Virus record (IMG/VR): IMGVR_UViG_3300048998_000202
Reading direction: 5' to 3' (one strand)
DNA from: a virus
Lineage: Duplodnaviria > Caudoviricetes
DNA length: 64,000 nucleotides
Shown here: positions 50,283 to 58,756 of the stretch, in pieces
Layout of the letters: each line of letters begins with the position of its first letter
Position numbering within the stretch: the first letter of the stretch is position 1
Translations under genes and position numbers: made by a program
Notes under the pieces: generated by a model
Seen by the model: the letters and a program-made list of their open reading frames with translations, nothing else
Database searches by the model: none
Told to the model about the DNA's origin: nothing

Positions 50283-50990
50283 CTAAGCGAGGTCGTCAAC
50301 GGGGATGAGTGGAGAGCGGATGATTTCGTAGGCGGAGAATGACACCGGCTCGGTCACGGAGACGCTGAGGATCTGGACAAGATCATCGGCGTTCGGGGGG
50401 ATCAGGTACGCCACGGTGCTGTAGTCCTCCAGCGACGCCCTGGCGTGGTTGTATCCCACGGCCATGGAGCGCTGGTAGGGGGTGGCGAAGCCGGTGCGGA
50501 GGGTGATGCGCTCGGGCACCCGCAGGAAGAACCGGTGTCCGGTGGAGCGGAAGCAGTAGTCCCCCGTACGGACGCGGAAGTCGGGCGTGGATTCCATGTC
50601 CAGGTCGTCACTGGAGACCACACCACGCGCCTGGTACTTCATGTCCTCGTCGGTGTCGCCGAAGATCGCCGGGCGCACGATGATCGCCTTGAATCCGCCC
50701 TCGAAGGTCGTCCCGAAGCAGTCGGGGCATTTGTTGCGTTCGCCCTGCTGGTACGCCTGCGAGAAGCGGTTGTAGCAGACCGAGCAGCGCGCCACGAGGC
50801 CGTTCTGGAAGTCCTCCAGGTGCCACATGAGCGTGAACATCGTCCACTCACCCACCGTGTACAGGGCCTGGAGGTGCCGCTGGCGCTCCTGGTCCACCGC
50901 CCAGCGCTGCGGCTGGCGGATGTAGTAGGGCTGGAGGGTTGCGCGACTGTGCGGCACCATCCCGTTCGGCTGAGGGATCCCCAGGGGCAT
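50283..50990 (-). CDS. head-tail connector/neck protein, putative
   Basis: CSVC...CPDCFGTTFEGGF motif; position. Confidence 0.55.
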   Translation of the reverse strand: MPLGIPQPNGMVPHSRATLQPYYIRQPQRWAVDQERQRHLQALYTVGEWTMFTLMWHLEDFQNGLVARCSVCYNRFSQAYQQGERNKCPDCFGTTFEGGFKAIIVRPAIFGDTDEDMKYQARGVVSSDDLDMESTPDFRVRTGDYCFRSTGHRFFLRVPERITLRTGFATPYQRSMAVGYNHARASLEDYSTVAYLIPPNADDLVQILSVSVTEPVSFSAYEIIRSPLIPVDDLA

Positions 50991-50998
50991 GGTGTCTC

Positions 50999-51220
50999 CT
51001 ACTCGACCGGACGCAAGGTGACCTGGGACGGAGTCACTTCGAGCTGCATTCCGTATCGGGCGAGCACCTCGGAGATCTCCTGAGAACAGGCGACCATGCG
51101 CTGCTGCTGCTCTTCGGCGAGGAGCTGGCGAGCCGCCGTCAGTGCGTCGCCTTCGACGGCGGATGCCGAAGGCGACCCTTCCTCCAGGTGGTTGCTGTGC
51201 ATTCCGTCCTCCGGGGTCAT
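50999..51220 (-). CDS. small hypothetical protein
   Basis: ATGA-coupled to the fibre gene. Confidence 0.55.
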   Translation of the reverse strand: MTPEDGMHSNHLEEGSPSASAVEGDALTAARQLLAEEQQQRMVACSQEISEVLARYGMQLEVTPSQVTLRPVE

Positions 51221-53970
51221 GCGATCTTCGTGACGCGCAGCCACGAGTTGGCGAACAAGGTGGTGGCTGTGGCGCTGGACGTGGCCTGGGCCCAGCGCAG
51301 GGTCAGACTCCCGGCGGTGCTCCCGACCGTCAGCAGCCCTCGGGGAAGGGCGACGGCCTTGACTCCGGCTCCGGAGGCTCCCACTGTGTCCTCGACCCCG
51401 AGAGGCTGCCGGGCGAGTTTGATGCTGCCGGTGCCGCCGGTCTGACTGGCCGAGGCCCCGTTGACGGTCCAGTCCATGAGGGCGCCGGTCGGACCGGTGA
51501 AGGTGACGCGCAGGTCTCCTGCGGTGTCGCCGTCGTAGAGCAGGAAGGCGTCCATGAGGTAGATGCCGTTGGCGGCGACTGATACGACAAGTTGGTCATC
51601 GTCCTGGACGGTGATGCTGCTCGTCACCGTCTCGTCTGCGGTCTTGCGGACGACTGTGATTGGCTGCTGTCCGTGGGCAAGGTCGTAGTCCGTGCCGTCG
51701 GAGCCCTTCCAGCGGGGCAGGCCGGACGAGGAGTACATGACGCCGCCGCCGGTAGGGGTTCCTGCCGGAGGGGTCGTGGCGTCGGCCATGCCCAGGACCC
51801 CGATGCCGCCGCCCAGTGAGGTGGTGTTCAGGCGCAGTGCGGTGGTGGCCTGGAGGGCCCCGTCGGTCTTGAGGACAGCGACGTTGGAGCGGTAGAGGTT
51901 GGTGTCCCGGGTGGCCGCCCCGGTGCCCCACTCCTGCTTGCCGTCCACGTACGTGACGTGCCGGGTGGTGGTGTCCCCCGACACCTGGCCCTGCCAGGAG
52001 CGGGCCGTGGTGTCCGTACCCGTCACCATGGCCCCCTGGCCGCCGGTAGCGGTCGGCAGGATCGTCAGGGCTATACCGCTGGCGCGGGTGAGGGACAGGC
52101 CGCCAGCGGTGCCTGAGGAGCCTCCGATGGACACCAGGCCCGTGGAGCGGGTCACGGCGATCGGGGCGTCCAGGAGGGTGCCTGCATCGTCGTAGCGCAG
52201 GATCTGGAGGTCGGTGCCGGTGTCACCGCCAGCTTCGGTGGTGTTGTTGGCCCGCAGGATCCAGCGGCGGCCCGTGGTGCCCATGTCGCTAGAGATCGAC
52301 AACTGGAGGTCCTTGTGGACCGTGTTGTTGCCGCCGACACGCAGGGCGGTGTTCTGGCCCGCGTAGGTCCCGGTGGCCATGTTCTGGGCCCGGACCGAGA
52401 AGTCCGCCAAGTTGGTGCGGATGTTGGTGTAGTCGATACCGATCGCCACGTTGTCGATCGCGTGGGCGCCGTCCACGGCCTGATTGATGAACGGCACCTC
52501 CAAGCGGCCCTGGAGGGCGCCTGTGGAGTCCGCGATCTCCAGTTCCCAGTGCCCGTGTACCGAACCGTGGTCGTTCGCCTCGTAGTGCGCGCCCGTCCAC
52601 ACCACGGGCTTCCAGCCGATGCCGCTCGACATCGGATTCCGGGTGGCCGGGTCGTAGCCGCCCTTCTTCGTGGAGGTCTGGACGGGAAGGTAGAACGCCA
52701 GCATGGTCTTGGCGTCGCTGCGCATGGCGAAGTTGCGAATGGTCTCGCCGAAGGAGCTGAAGTTGGCCCGCTGATACGAGTACAGATTCAGGCGGCCCGT
52801 GGTGTCGGTGCCGGTGCCGTCGTCGTCGCCTCCGGTGTAGGTGGAGGGGATGCTGACGGAGTCCACGGCCCCGGTGCTGCCGATGGGGTATCCCGACACG
52901 GCTCCGAAGCGGTTGAGGACGAGCTGTCCTGCAACCGTGCCACCGGCAAGCGGCAAGTAGGTGCTGGCGGCATTCGCCCGATCCCCATGAGGATCACTGG
53001 CGGCCACATGCGAGGCCACCACGGCCGCCGGGGCGTCTCCGGCAGCCACGGTGGTGGAGGACGTCCCCACATTCTTGGTGGCAGCGCCCCCCAGACCCAG
53101 GCTGGTACGCGCTGTCGCGGCATCATCGAGGTCGGAGAGGTTCGAGTCGGCCTGGAGAGCGCCCGTGATGCGGGAGTCGTCTCCGGCCGCGATCTGGTTG
53201 GTGGAGGTACCGACGTTGCGGGTGGAGGAGTTACCGAGGCCGAGGTTGGTGCGTGCGGTAGGGGCGTCGAGGTCAGAGAGGTTCGCGGACTTCTGAGCGG
53301 CTCCGGTGATGCGGGCGTCCCCGCCGTCGGCCACGGTGCCGCTCGTGGTGCCCACGTTGCGCAGGGCTGCCGCGCCCAGCCCGAGGTTGATGCGGGAGGC
53401 GCCCGCGTCGTCGAGGTCGGAGAGGTTGTTCTCGACCAGCAGGCGACCGGATTCGACATCCGTGACCCGACTGGCCAGCGTGGCTCCGGAAGAGGCCGAA
53501 TAGGCACCTACGTCGCTTGAGGTCAGCGTCACCGGACCGGTCTTGGTGTTGACCGATGTCACTGCGGAGGAGGGCGCCGGAGGGAGTTGGCCCGAGGGCA
53601 CCTTGCCGTCACTCCCGAGCGAGGCCACGCCGTTGGCTGCGCCCTTCGCGCTGACCGGAACGTAGGAGCCGCTCAGCGACTGCACGATCTGGCCGGTCTG
53701 GGCGTACAGGGTGGTGAGGGCCCCGGCGCTGTTCCTGGCGTAGACCTGGGTGAGGCCGTCAGGGCCGAGGAACTGCGGGATCAGGCAGTCCGAACCGATG
53801 TCCAGAGTGGAGCCGATGGGAGTGCCGTTGGGCGCCTGGATGCTGGCGAGGGTAGTCCCGGCCGAGTCGGTGTAGATGGTGACCGTGTCGCCCTGGGGGC
53901 TGTACAGGGGTGTTCCGGGCGTACCGTACCGAAAGACCAGGCGGTCCTGGGGGAACAGCCAGCGCGTCAA
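51217..53970 (-). CDS. tail fibre/appendage protein
   Basis: KGAANGVASLGSDGKVP, VTSVNTKTG, three NLSDL..ARTNLGLG repeats, DTNLYRS. Confidence 0.8.
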   Translation of the reverse strand: MTRWLFPQDRLVFRYGTPGTPLYSPQGDTVTIYTDSAGTTLASIQAPNGTPIGSTLDIGSDCLIPQFLGPDGLTQVYARNSAGALTTLYAQTGQIVQSLSGSYVPVSAKGAANGVASLGSDGKVPSGQLPPAPSSAVTSVNTKTGPVTLTSSDVGAYSASSGATLASRVTDVESGRLLVENNLSDLDDAGASRINLGLGAAALRNVGTTSGTVADGGDARITGAAQKSANLSDLDAPTARTNLGLGNSSTRNVGTSTNQIAAGDDSRITGALQADSNLSDLDDAATARTSLGLGGAATKNVGTSSTTVAAGDAPAAVVASHVAASDPHGDRANAASTYLPLAGGTVAGQLVLNRFGAVSGYPIGSTGAVDSVSIPSTYTGGDDDGTGTDTTGRLNLYSYQRANFSSFGETIRNFAMRSDAKTMLAFYLPVQTSTKKGGYDPATRNPMSSGIGWKPVVWTGAHYEANDHGSVHGHWELEIADSTGALQGRLEVPFINQAVDGAHAIDNVAIGIDYTNIRTNLADFSVRAQNMATGTYAGQNTALRVGGNNTVHKDLQLSISSDMGTTGRRWILRANNTTEAGGDTGTDLQILRYDDAGTLLDAPIAVTRSTGLVSIGGSSGTAGGLSLTRASGIALTILPTATGGQGAMVTGTDTTARSWQGQVSGDTTTRHVTYVDGKQEWGTGAATRDTNLYRSNVAVLKTDGALQATTALRLNTTSLGGGIGVLGMADATTPPAGTPTGGGVMYSSSGLPRWKGSDGTDYDLAHGQQPITVVRKTADETVTSSITVQDDDQLVVSVAANGIYLMDAFLLYDGDTAGDLRVTFTGPTGALMDWTVNGASASQTGGTGSIKLARQPLGVEDTVGASGAGVKAVALPRGLLTVGSTAGSLTLRWAQATSSATATTLFANSWLRVTKIA

Positions 53971-54004
53971 CTCTGCCTCCAGCAGTCGGCCCGGGAAGGG
54001 GTTC

Positions 54005-54038
54005 TCACCCCTTCTTCGGACTCAGGAGATCCAGGACA
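54005..54038 (-). promoter_or_regulatory. candidate late promoter TGTC-N20-GAAGGGGTGA
   Basis: Upstream of the fibre gene, right after the cassette C hairpin. Confidence 0.7.
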
Positions 54039-54041
54039 TGG

Positions 54042-54151
54042 CTGAGGGCGCCACCCCGAAGGATGACGCCCTCCCCTGCCGCGCCGCGCCTCGCCCTGCC
54101 ATGCCGAGCCTAGCCGTGCCGTGCCGCGCCGTGCAAAACCTGACTCTATCA
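54042..54151 (-). ncRNA. GGY-NN repeat small-RNA cassette C
   Basis: TGATAGAGT, 11 GGC-NN pentamers (GC AC AC TA TC AT AG GA GC GC AG), hairpin nearly identical to cassette B. Confidence 0.85.
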
Positions 54152-54159
54152 GGTCCTGG

Positions 54160-55923
54160 TCAGCGGACGACCCAGTTGCCCGCAGGGGTCGGTAGGTACT
54201 CCTTGGCGCTCCACTGGGTGCTGATGGCGACCGGGGTGGTGCCGTTGATGGTCTGGCTGGAAGTGGTGGCGATGTTGACCGCGTTGGCGGAGGCGTCGGT
54301 CTTGACCACCACGATGTTCTTGTTGCGTCCGACGGCTGTCGGCAACGTGACGGTGTGAGCGGCGGCCGTGCAGTTGACGAGAATCATCTCGTCGAACGAA
54401 CTCACCGCGTAGTCGGCCGCGACCGAGATCGCCGGGTAGGACCGCTGGCCGTCGATGATGTCGAATCCGACGGGGTTGTCCAGGGCCAGGTTGGCCGAGG
54501 TGTACAGCCCCATGATCGCCACCTCGCCCCGGGTGGCGATCAGACCCTGACCGGAATTGTTGTCGCCGAACTTGGGCGTGCCCTCGGTGTCGATCTTCAG
54601 GTAAATGAAGGGGCCGATCCCTCCGGCGCCCTGGCCGAGGATGTAGACCAGGTAGCTACAGCTCTCGATCGACAGCATCGTGGCCACGATGGCGTGGGAG
54701 GACCCCGCCGACCCGTAGTAGCCGCCGACCGGGCAGAAGGCTGCCCAGCAGTACAGGATCCGCATGGCATAGATGTCGGAGTGCTCGGTCACGAAAAATC
54801 CGTAGGTGTATCCCCCGTGACAGGTCACGTTGCGGATCAGGCAACTGTCGTTGTTGCCCGAGGAGGGGAAGAGCACGCCGATCGACAGGCCCGAGGAGAA
54901 AGAGCCGAAGGCCGTGTAGTCGCCGCCCGTGACCGATCCGGCGGTGCCGTAGGCGAAGTCGCTCAAGGTGGCGTTGGCGACGCCGGACAGGTCCAAGGCC
55001 GACATGGTCAGGCCGCTGGCACTGTGAGCGGTCAGGATGGACATGTTGCGGAAGTTCACGGCGAGGTTGGTGTAAAGCAGGGCGGAGGTGCCGTAACCAC
55101 TGGGCTGGGACGGGCCGCCGATGACCGCCGAGTTGCCGTTGTCGTTGATGCTGTTGATCTGTGCAGCGGGCGAAGCATGCACCAGGAACGACACCAGGGT
55201 GGCGCCGCCGGTCTGCGGGACGAGTTGGAGCCAGTGCTGGACGGAGGAGCCGTCGACCGGGCCCTCGAAGGTGAGGGTCAGCTTGTTCCCGGCGACCGGC
55301 AGTACCGGCAACGTGAGCTGACTATTGCCCTTACTGGAGCCTCCGGTGCGCAGGGCACCACCGATGCCGTAGAACCGCCCCTGAGCCGCCGGTATCTGGA
55401 CGATGGCGTTATAGCTGTGCGCCAGACCGTAGGCCACCGCCGCGTCGATGGCGGCCTGGAACGCCACGGTGTCGTCGGTTGCCCACAAGACCATCGCACC
55501 CGAGATCGAGGTGGAGGCGTTGGCGCTGAGGACCGCGTGTCCGGAGTTGGTGACGCTCTGGATGAGGGCGATATGACAGGTGGCGGCAGCAGTCCCCGCG
55601 CCCTTGACCATGACGAGCTTGCCCGCGTCCCCGGGGACGAACTTCAAGCTAGTGGCGCAGGCCAGGATGGGTGAGCCCGACGTCATGGCGCCGTCGGTGA
55701 CGATCTGCCCGTCTCCTTTGGCGCCGTAGGCCGTGGGGTCGAACACCCCTGGCGCGGCTCCTCCGATCTGGGAGAACGAGGAGAACAGCGCCGCTGCGGC
55801 CGTGGGACTCAGGGCCAGGTACTGATCATCGGTAAGGGTGTAGGGCAAGCCACCCTGGGCAACGATGCCGCCGGGCAGCATGACATCGACCAGACCGGGC
55901 TTGAGCGTGACGCTGTACGGCAC
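54160..55923 (-). CDS. beta-helix tailspike / polysaccharide depolymerase-like protein
   Basis: YGAKGDG...DDTVAFQAAIDAA pectate-lyase-3-type opening. Confidence 0.72.
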   Translation of the reverse strand: MPYSVTLKPGLVDVMLPGGIVAQGGLPYTLTDDQYLALSPTAAAALFSSFSQIGGAAPGVFDPTAYGAKGDGQIVTDGAMTSGSPILACATSLKFVPGDAGKLVMVKGAGTAAATCHIALIQSVTNSGHAVLSANASTSISGAMVLWATDDTVAFQAAIDAAVAYGLAHSYNAIVQIPAAQGRFYGIGGALRTGGSSKGNSQLTLPVLPVAGNKLTLTFEGPVDGSSVQHWLQLVPQTGGATLVSFLVHASPAAQINSINDNGNSAVIGGPSQPSGYGTSALLYTNLAVNFRNMSILTAHSASGLTMSALDLSGVANATLSDFAYGTAGSVTGGDYTAFGSFSSGLSIGVLFPSSGNNDSCLIRNVTCHGGYTYGFFVTEHSDIYAMRILYCWAAFCPVGGYYGSAGSSHAIVATMLSIESCSYLVYILGQGAGGIGPFIYLKIDTEGTPKFGDNNSGQGLIATRGEVAIMGLYTSANLALDNPVGFDIIDGQRSYPAISVAADYAVSSFDEMILVNCTAAAHTVTLPTAVGRNKNIVVVKTDASANAVNIATTSSQTINGTTPVAISTQWSAKEYLPTPAGNWVVR

Positions 55924-55944
55924 AGGTCCTCCAGGGGTGCGTCT

Positions 55945-55978
55945 TCACCCCTTCCCGGGCCTGAACCGGGTCTGGACA
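55945..55978 (-). promoter_or_regulatory. candidate late promoter TGTC-N20-GAAGGGGTGA
   Basis: Upstream of the tailspike gene. Confidence 0.7.
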
Positions 55979-55982
55979 TGAC

Positions 55983-56086
55983 GAAGGCCCGCTCCCCACG
56001 GGCGGGCCTTCGTGCACACTCATCAGGATTTTAAAATCCTGTCTCCTGCTGCTGCGCTGCTCCACGCTGCGGAGCGGACTCTATCA
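55983..56086 (-). ncRNA. non-repeat small-RNA cassette F
   Basis: Same TGATAGAGT head and GAAGG...CCTTC terminal hairpin; body has hairpins rather than pentamers. Confidence 0.5.
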
Positions 56087-56674
56087 GGACGTGGGGGTCT
56101 GCGACCGCTCGGTCAGCATCTGCTGGAGACGGTTCAGGGCCTGCTCCTGCTTCTCGACCTTGTCCGCCAGTTCGGCAGTGGTCTCCTTGGTCTCCCGGCG
56201 GACGGCCTGGGTCTCCTTGCGGGCGGCCTTCAGCCCCTCCTCCAGCCGATCCTGCCGCCGCGACAGACGCCGGGTGATGTCCGAGACGGCCTGGAGAGCC
56301 CCGGCCTGAGCGTCGTACACCTGCCCCTGCTGCGGAGTCAGCTCGTTGCGGTCGGCCTTGGTCAGAAGATCTATGGCCGTACGGATCCGGCGGTTGGCCT
56401 TCTTGGTCTGGTACCGGGCCGCGCCCCCGTGCTCGGAGGCGTGCATGACGCGGTAGCCCACTTCCCGCTCGTTGGTCAGAGCCCGCTGGTGCTTGTCCAG
56501 CAGCTCCTTCTCCGCACGTCTCACCGGGCTGCGGTCGAGCCGGATGTTGATTCCGGCCCACTCCGAGAGCTCCTCGTACGTGACGACGGTGTCCGGATCG
56601 AGGTCGCGCAGACCCTCATAGATCAGGACCCAACGGGCGACGTCGCCCTTGGGCTCGAACGGCTTGGTGCCCAT
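56084..56674 (-). CDS. partner protein of the RAMP-like gene (wHTH-like N-terminus, coiled-coil C-terminus)
   Basis: VVTYEELSEWAG..VRRAEKEL..NEREVGYRV; heptad-rich C-terminus; co-oriented, 44 nt downstream. Confidence 0.65.
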   Translation of the reverse strand: MGTKPFEPKGDVARWVLIYEGLRDLDPDTVVTYEELSEWAGINIRLDRSPVRRAEKELLDKHQRALTNEREVGYRVMHASEHGGAARYQTKKANRRIRTAIDLLTKADRNELTPQQGQVYDAQAGALQAVSDITRRLSRRQDRLEEGLKAARKETQAVRRETKETTAELADKVEKQEQALNRLQQMLTERSQTPTS

Positions 56675-56718
56675 TCGTTCGTTCTCCTTGTTGTCGGTGC
56701 TGCTGATACTGGCGGAAA

Positions 56719-57297
56719 TCAGCCCTGGATCTGGGTGACCTCGACGTCGAACCGCCCGAACCGGGGACGGTAGTCACCCAGTCCGATCATCTGGCCCGCC
56801 TTCTCGGCGATGCTGGTGATCTGGTCCAGGTCGAGCTGGCCGTCGTCCACGATCAGGTCGGCCTCCAGCGCCCACTGCGGGAACTTGGGCCGGGTGCGCA
56901 TGACGCGCGAGGTGGTGACCCCCACGGAGAGCCGGGAGACGAAGTTCTTGTCCTTCCACAGTCCCTCGACCGTACGGGATCCGCTGTAGCCCAGGGGGTG
57001 GATCTCGTTGACGACGACGACACCTCGCTCGACGGCCGGGCCCTGCCGGGTCATCTTGGCCGCCTTGATCAGGCAGGCGTGGATGTTGGCGCCGGGGATG
57101 TACGGACCGGTCTCCTCGTCGAAGTACAGGCCGCCCTCGAACTCGATGCGGGCCATCTCCTCGTGGTCGGACTCGGTCTTGATGCGCTTGCCGGAGACCT
57201 TTTTGAGCTGCTTGGTGATGGTCGCCAGCGGGTCGGACAGTTGCGCGTTGTGCATCAGCAGCGACGTGGTTCCGATGATGGTCAGGCGGACCTGCAT
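56719..57297 (-). CDS. RAMP/Cas7(Csm3)-like RNA-binding protein, candidate effector of the GGY-NN RNAs
   Basis: N-terminal strand VRLTIIGTTSLLMH, PYIPGANIHACL (cf. Csm3 PYIPGSSLKG), Gly-rich loop GLGDYRPRFGRF; RBS before ATG at 57297. Confidence 0.75.
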   Translation of the reverse strand: MQVRLTIIGTTSLLMHNAQLSDPLATITKQLKKVSGKRIKTESDHEEMARIEFEGGLYFDEETGPYIPGANIHACLIKAAKMTRQGPAVERGVVVVNEIHPLGYSGSRTVEGLWKDKNFVSRLSVGVTTSRVMRTRPKFPQWALEADLIVDDGQLDLDQITSIAEKAGQMIGLGDYRPRFGRFDVEVTQIQG

Positions 57298-57334
57298 GAG
57301 TTCTCCCTGGTGTCGGTACTCTCTGGCGCCACCG

Positions 57335-57364
57335 AACATACTCCAAGGATTGTTGGAGTGTCAA
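57335..57364 (-). promoter_or_regulatory. sigma70-type promoter TTGACA-N18-TATGTT with a palindromic operator as spacer
   Basis: Spacer is CTCCAA-CAATCC-TTGGAG. Confidence 0.7.
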
Positions 57365-57370
57365 CGGGGC

Positions 57371-57874
57371 AAAACGAAGGGCCCGGGATCCGAAGATCCC
57401 GGGCCCTTCTCCATGCCTCGCCGTGTCGAGCCTTGCCATGCCGGGCCATGCCCGACCAAGCCGTGCCACGCAAGACTTGACTCTGTCAGTTCCACCACGA
57501 TCTGTCAAACGACGAAGGGGACCACCCGGAGGTGATCCCCTTCTCCCTGCCGTGCCTTACCCGGCCCTGCCTAGCCATGCCACACCGCACCACGCCCCGC
57601 AGGTCTTGACGTTATCAAGACCCTTCGGAGCCGTCAATGACGAAGGGGCCCTCCGTAGAGGACCCCTTCTCCTATGCCAAACCTAGCCATACCCTACCCT
57701 GCCACGCCAAACCTAGCCAAGCCATGCCCTGCAAGACTTGACTCTGTCAGCTCCTACGGCATCTGTCAACGACGGAGGGGCCCCACCGTAGTGGAGCCCC
57801 TCTCCCATGCCCGGCCTTACCCAGCCCTGCCTTGCCTCACCTCGGCCAGCCGTACCGAGACCTTGACTGTATCA
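57371..57874 (-). ncRNA. array D: four tandem GGY-NN small-RNA cassettes (D1 57874-57774, D2 57769-57642, D3 57637-57514, D4 57508-57371)
   Basis: Each has a TGA-extended -10 (D2-D4 with TTGACR 17 nt upstream), 10-11 pentamers and a GC hairpin. Confidence 0.88.
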
Positions 57875-57877
57875 GGA

Positions 57878-58747
57878 TCAGTAGAACCGGGACCAGTACC
57901 GGGGCCGCGCCGCCACCGAGCCCGCCATGCGGGTAGGCCCGTACCTGCCGTAGACGCCGCCCGAGATCAGGACGGCCGGGCGTCCGAGACCCATCTGGCT
58001 GATCTTGAAGACATCGAGCTGGGACTTGGCGGCCTGCTCCTCCTCCATGAGGACGTCCCGCCAGCGCTGGACGTAGTCCCGGCGGTCCAGTCGGGAGACG
58101 TTGCCGGAGCCCTGGAACATGGGCTGCTCGGTGTAGGAGCGGATCAGGTGCTTGAGGGTCTCGATCCAGGTCATGGCCTCCAGCAGCGGGCCCCACTGGG
58201 GATAGGGGAACTGCGCTCCCCCGTCGCCGTCCACGGTGAAGGTCTGGAAGGGCTGCGCGATGGTGTTCATGCGCCCGAGCGCGATGCGCATCAGTTCGGC
58301 GATCCGGCCCCGGCCGAACTTCGACTGGACGTAGGTCGTCAGGTTGGGGCCGCCACCTGGGGAGTCGATGGTGTCGGCGATGCGGACCATGACGCGCTCG
58401 ATGATGTCTTTCATCGGGACCACCAGGCCGTCGTACGACGGGGCGGCCGGGCCGATCTCGATGCCGGACTCGTAGTACTCCTGCTGACCGGTCAGCAGGT
58501 ATGTCCAGGCCAGGGTGTAGGAGCCCGGGACGGAGGTCTCCACGCTGTTGAAGGTCGCCGAGTAGTCGCCGGTCGCGTTGTGGGTGGCCAGCCGGGAGAA
58601 GATCTCGTTGCCGGTGTTCTCGGAGACCATGGTGAGGGTGACCCCGGCGTCGGCATCTATCGGGACCTGGTTCTGGAGGATCTTCAGTCCCACCACGTCC
58701 ACGGCGTACTGCGATACGTACTGCCGATCGTTCCAGTACAAGGCCAT
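57878..58747 (-). CDS. head-tail adaptor protein, putative
   Basis: Position in the head module. Confidence 0.55.
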   Translation of the reverse strand: MALYWNDRQYVSQYAVDVVGLKILQNQVPIDADAGVTLTMVSENTGNEIFSRLATHNATGDYSATFNSVETSVPGSYTLAWTYLLTGQQEYYESGIEIGPAAPSYDGLVVPMKDIIERVMVRIADTIDSPGGGPNLTTYVQSKFGRGRIAELMRIALGRMNTIAQPFQTFTVDGDGGAQFPYPQWGPLLEAMTWIETLKHLIRSYTEQPMFQGSGNVSRLDRRDYVQRWRDVLMEEEQAAKSQLDVFKISQMGLGRPAVLISGGVYGRYGPTRMAGSVAARPRYWSRFY

Positions 58748-58756
58748 GGTCGAGTC

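Noticed and set aside
55983-56026. Hammerhead ribozyme (CTGATGAG...GAA on the minus strand)
   Set aside because: Stem II would have a 2-nt loop, the core has GAAG rather than GAAA, and stem I cannot be closed
57371-57874. Canonical CRISPR array
   Set aside because: No identical 25-40 nt repeats with unique spacers; the conserved parts are promoter boxes and hairpins of differing sequence, and there is no cas1/cas2 in the window
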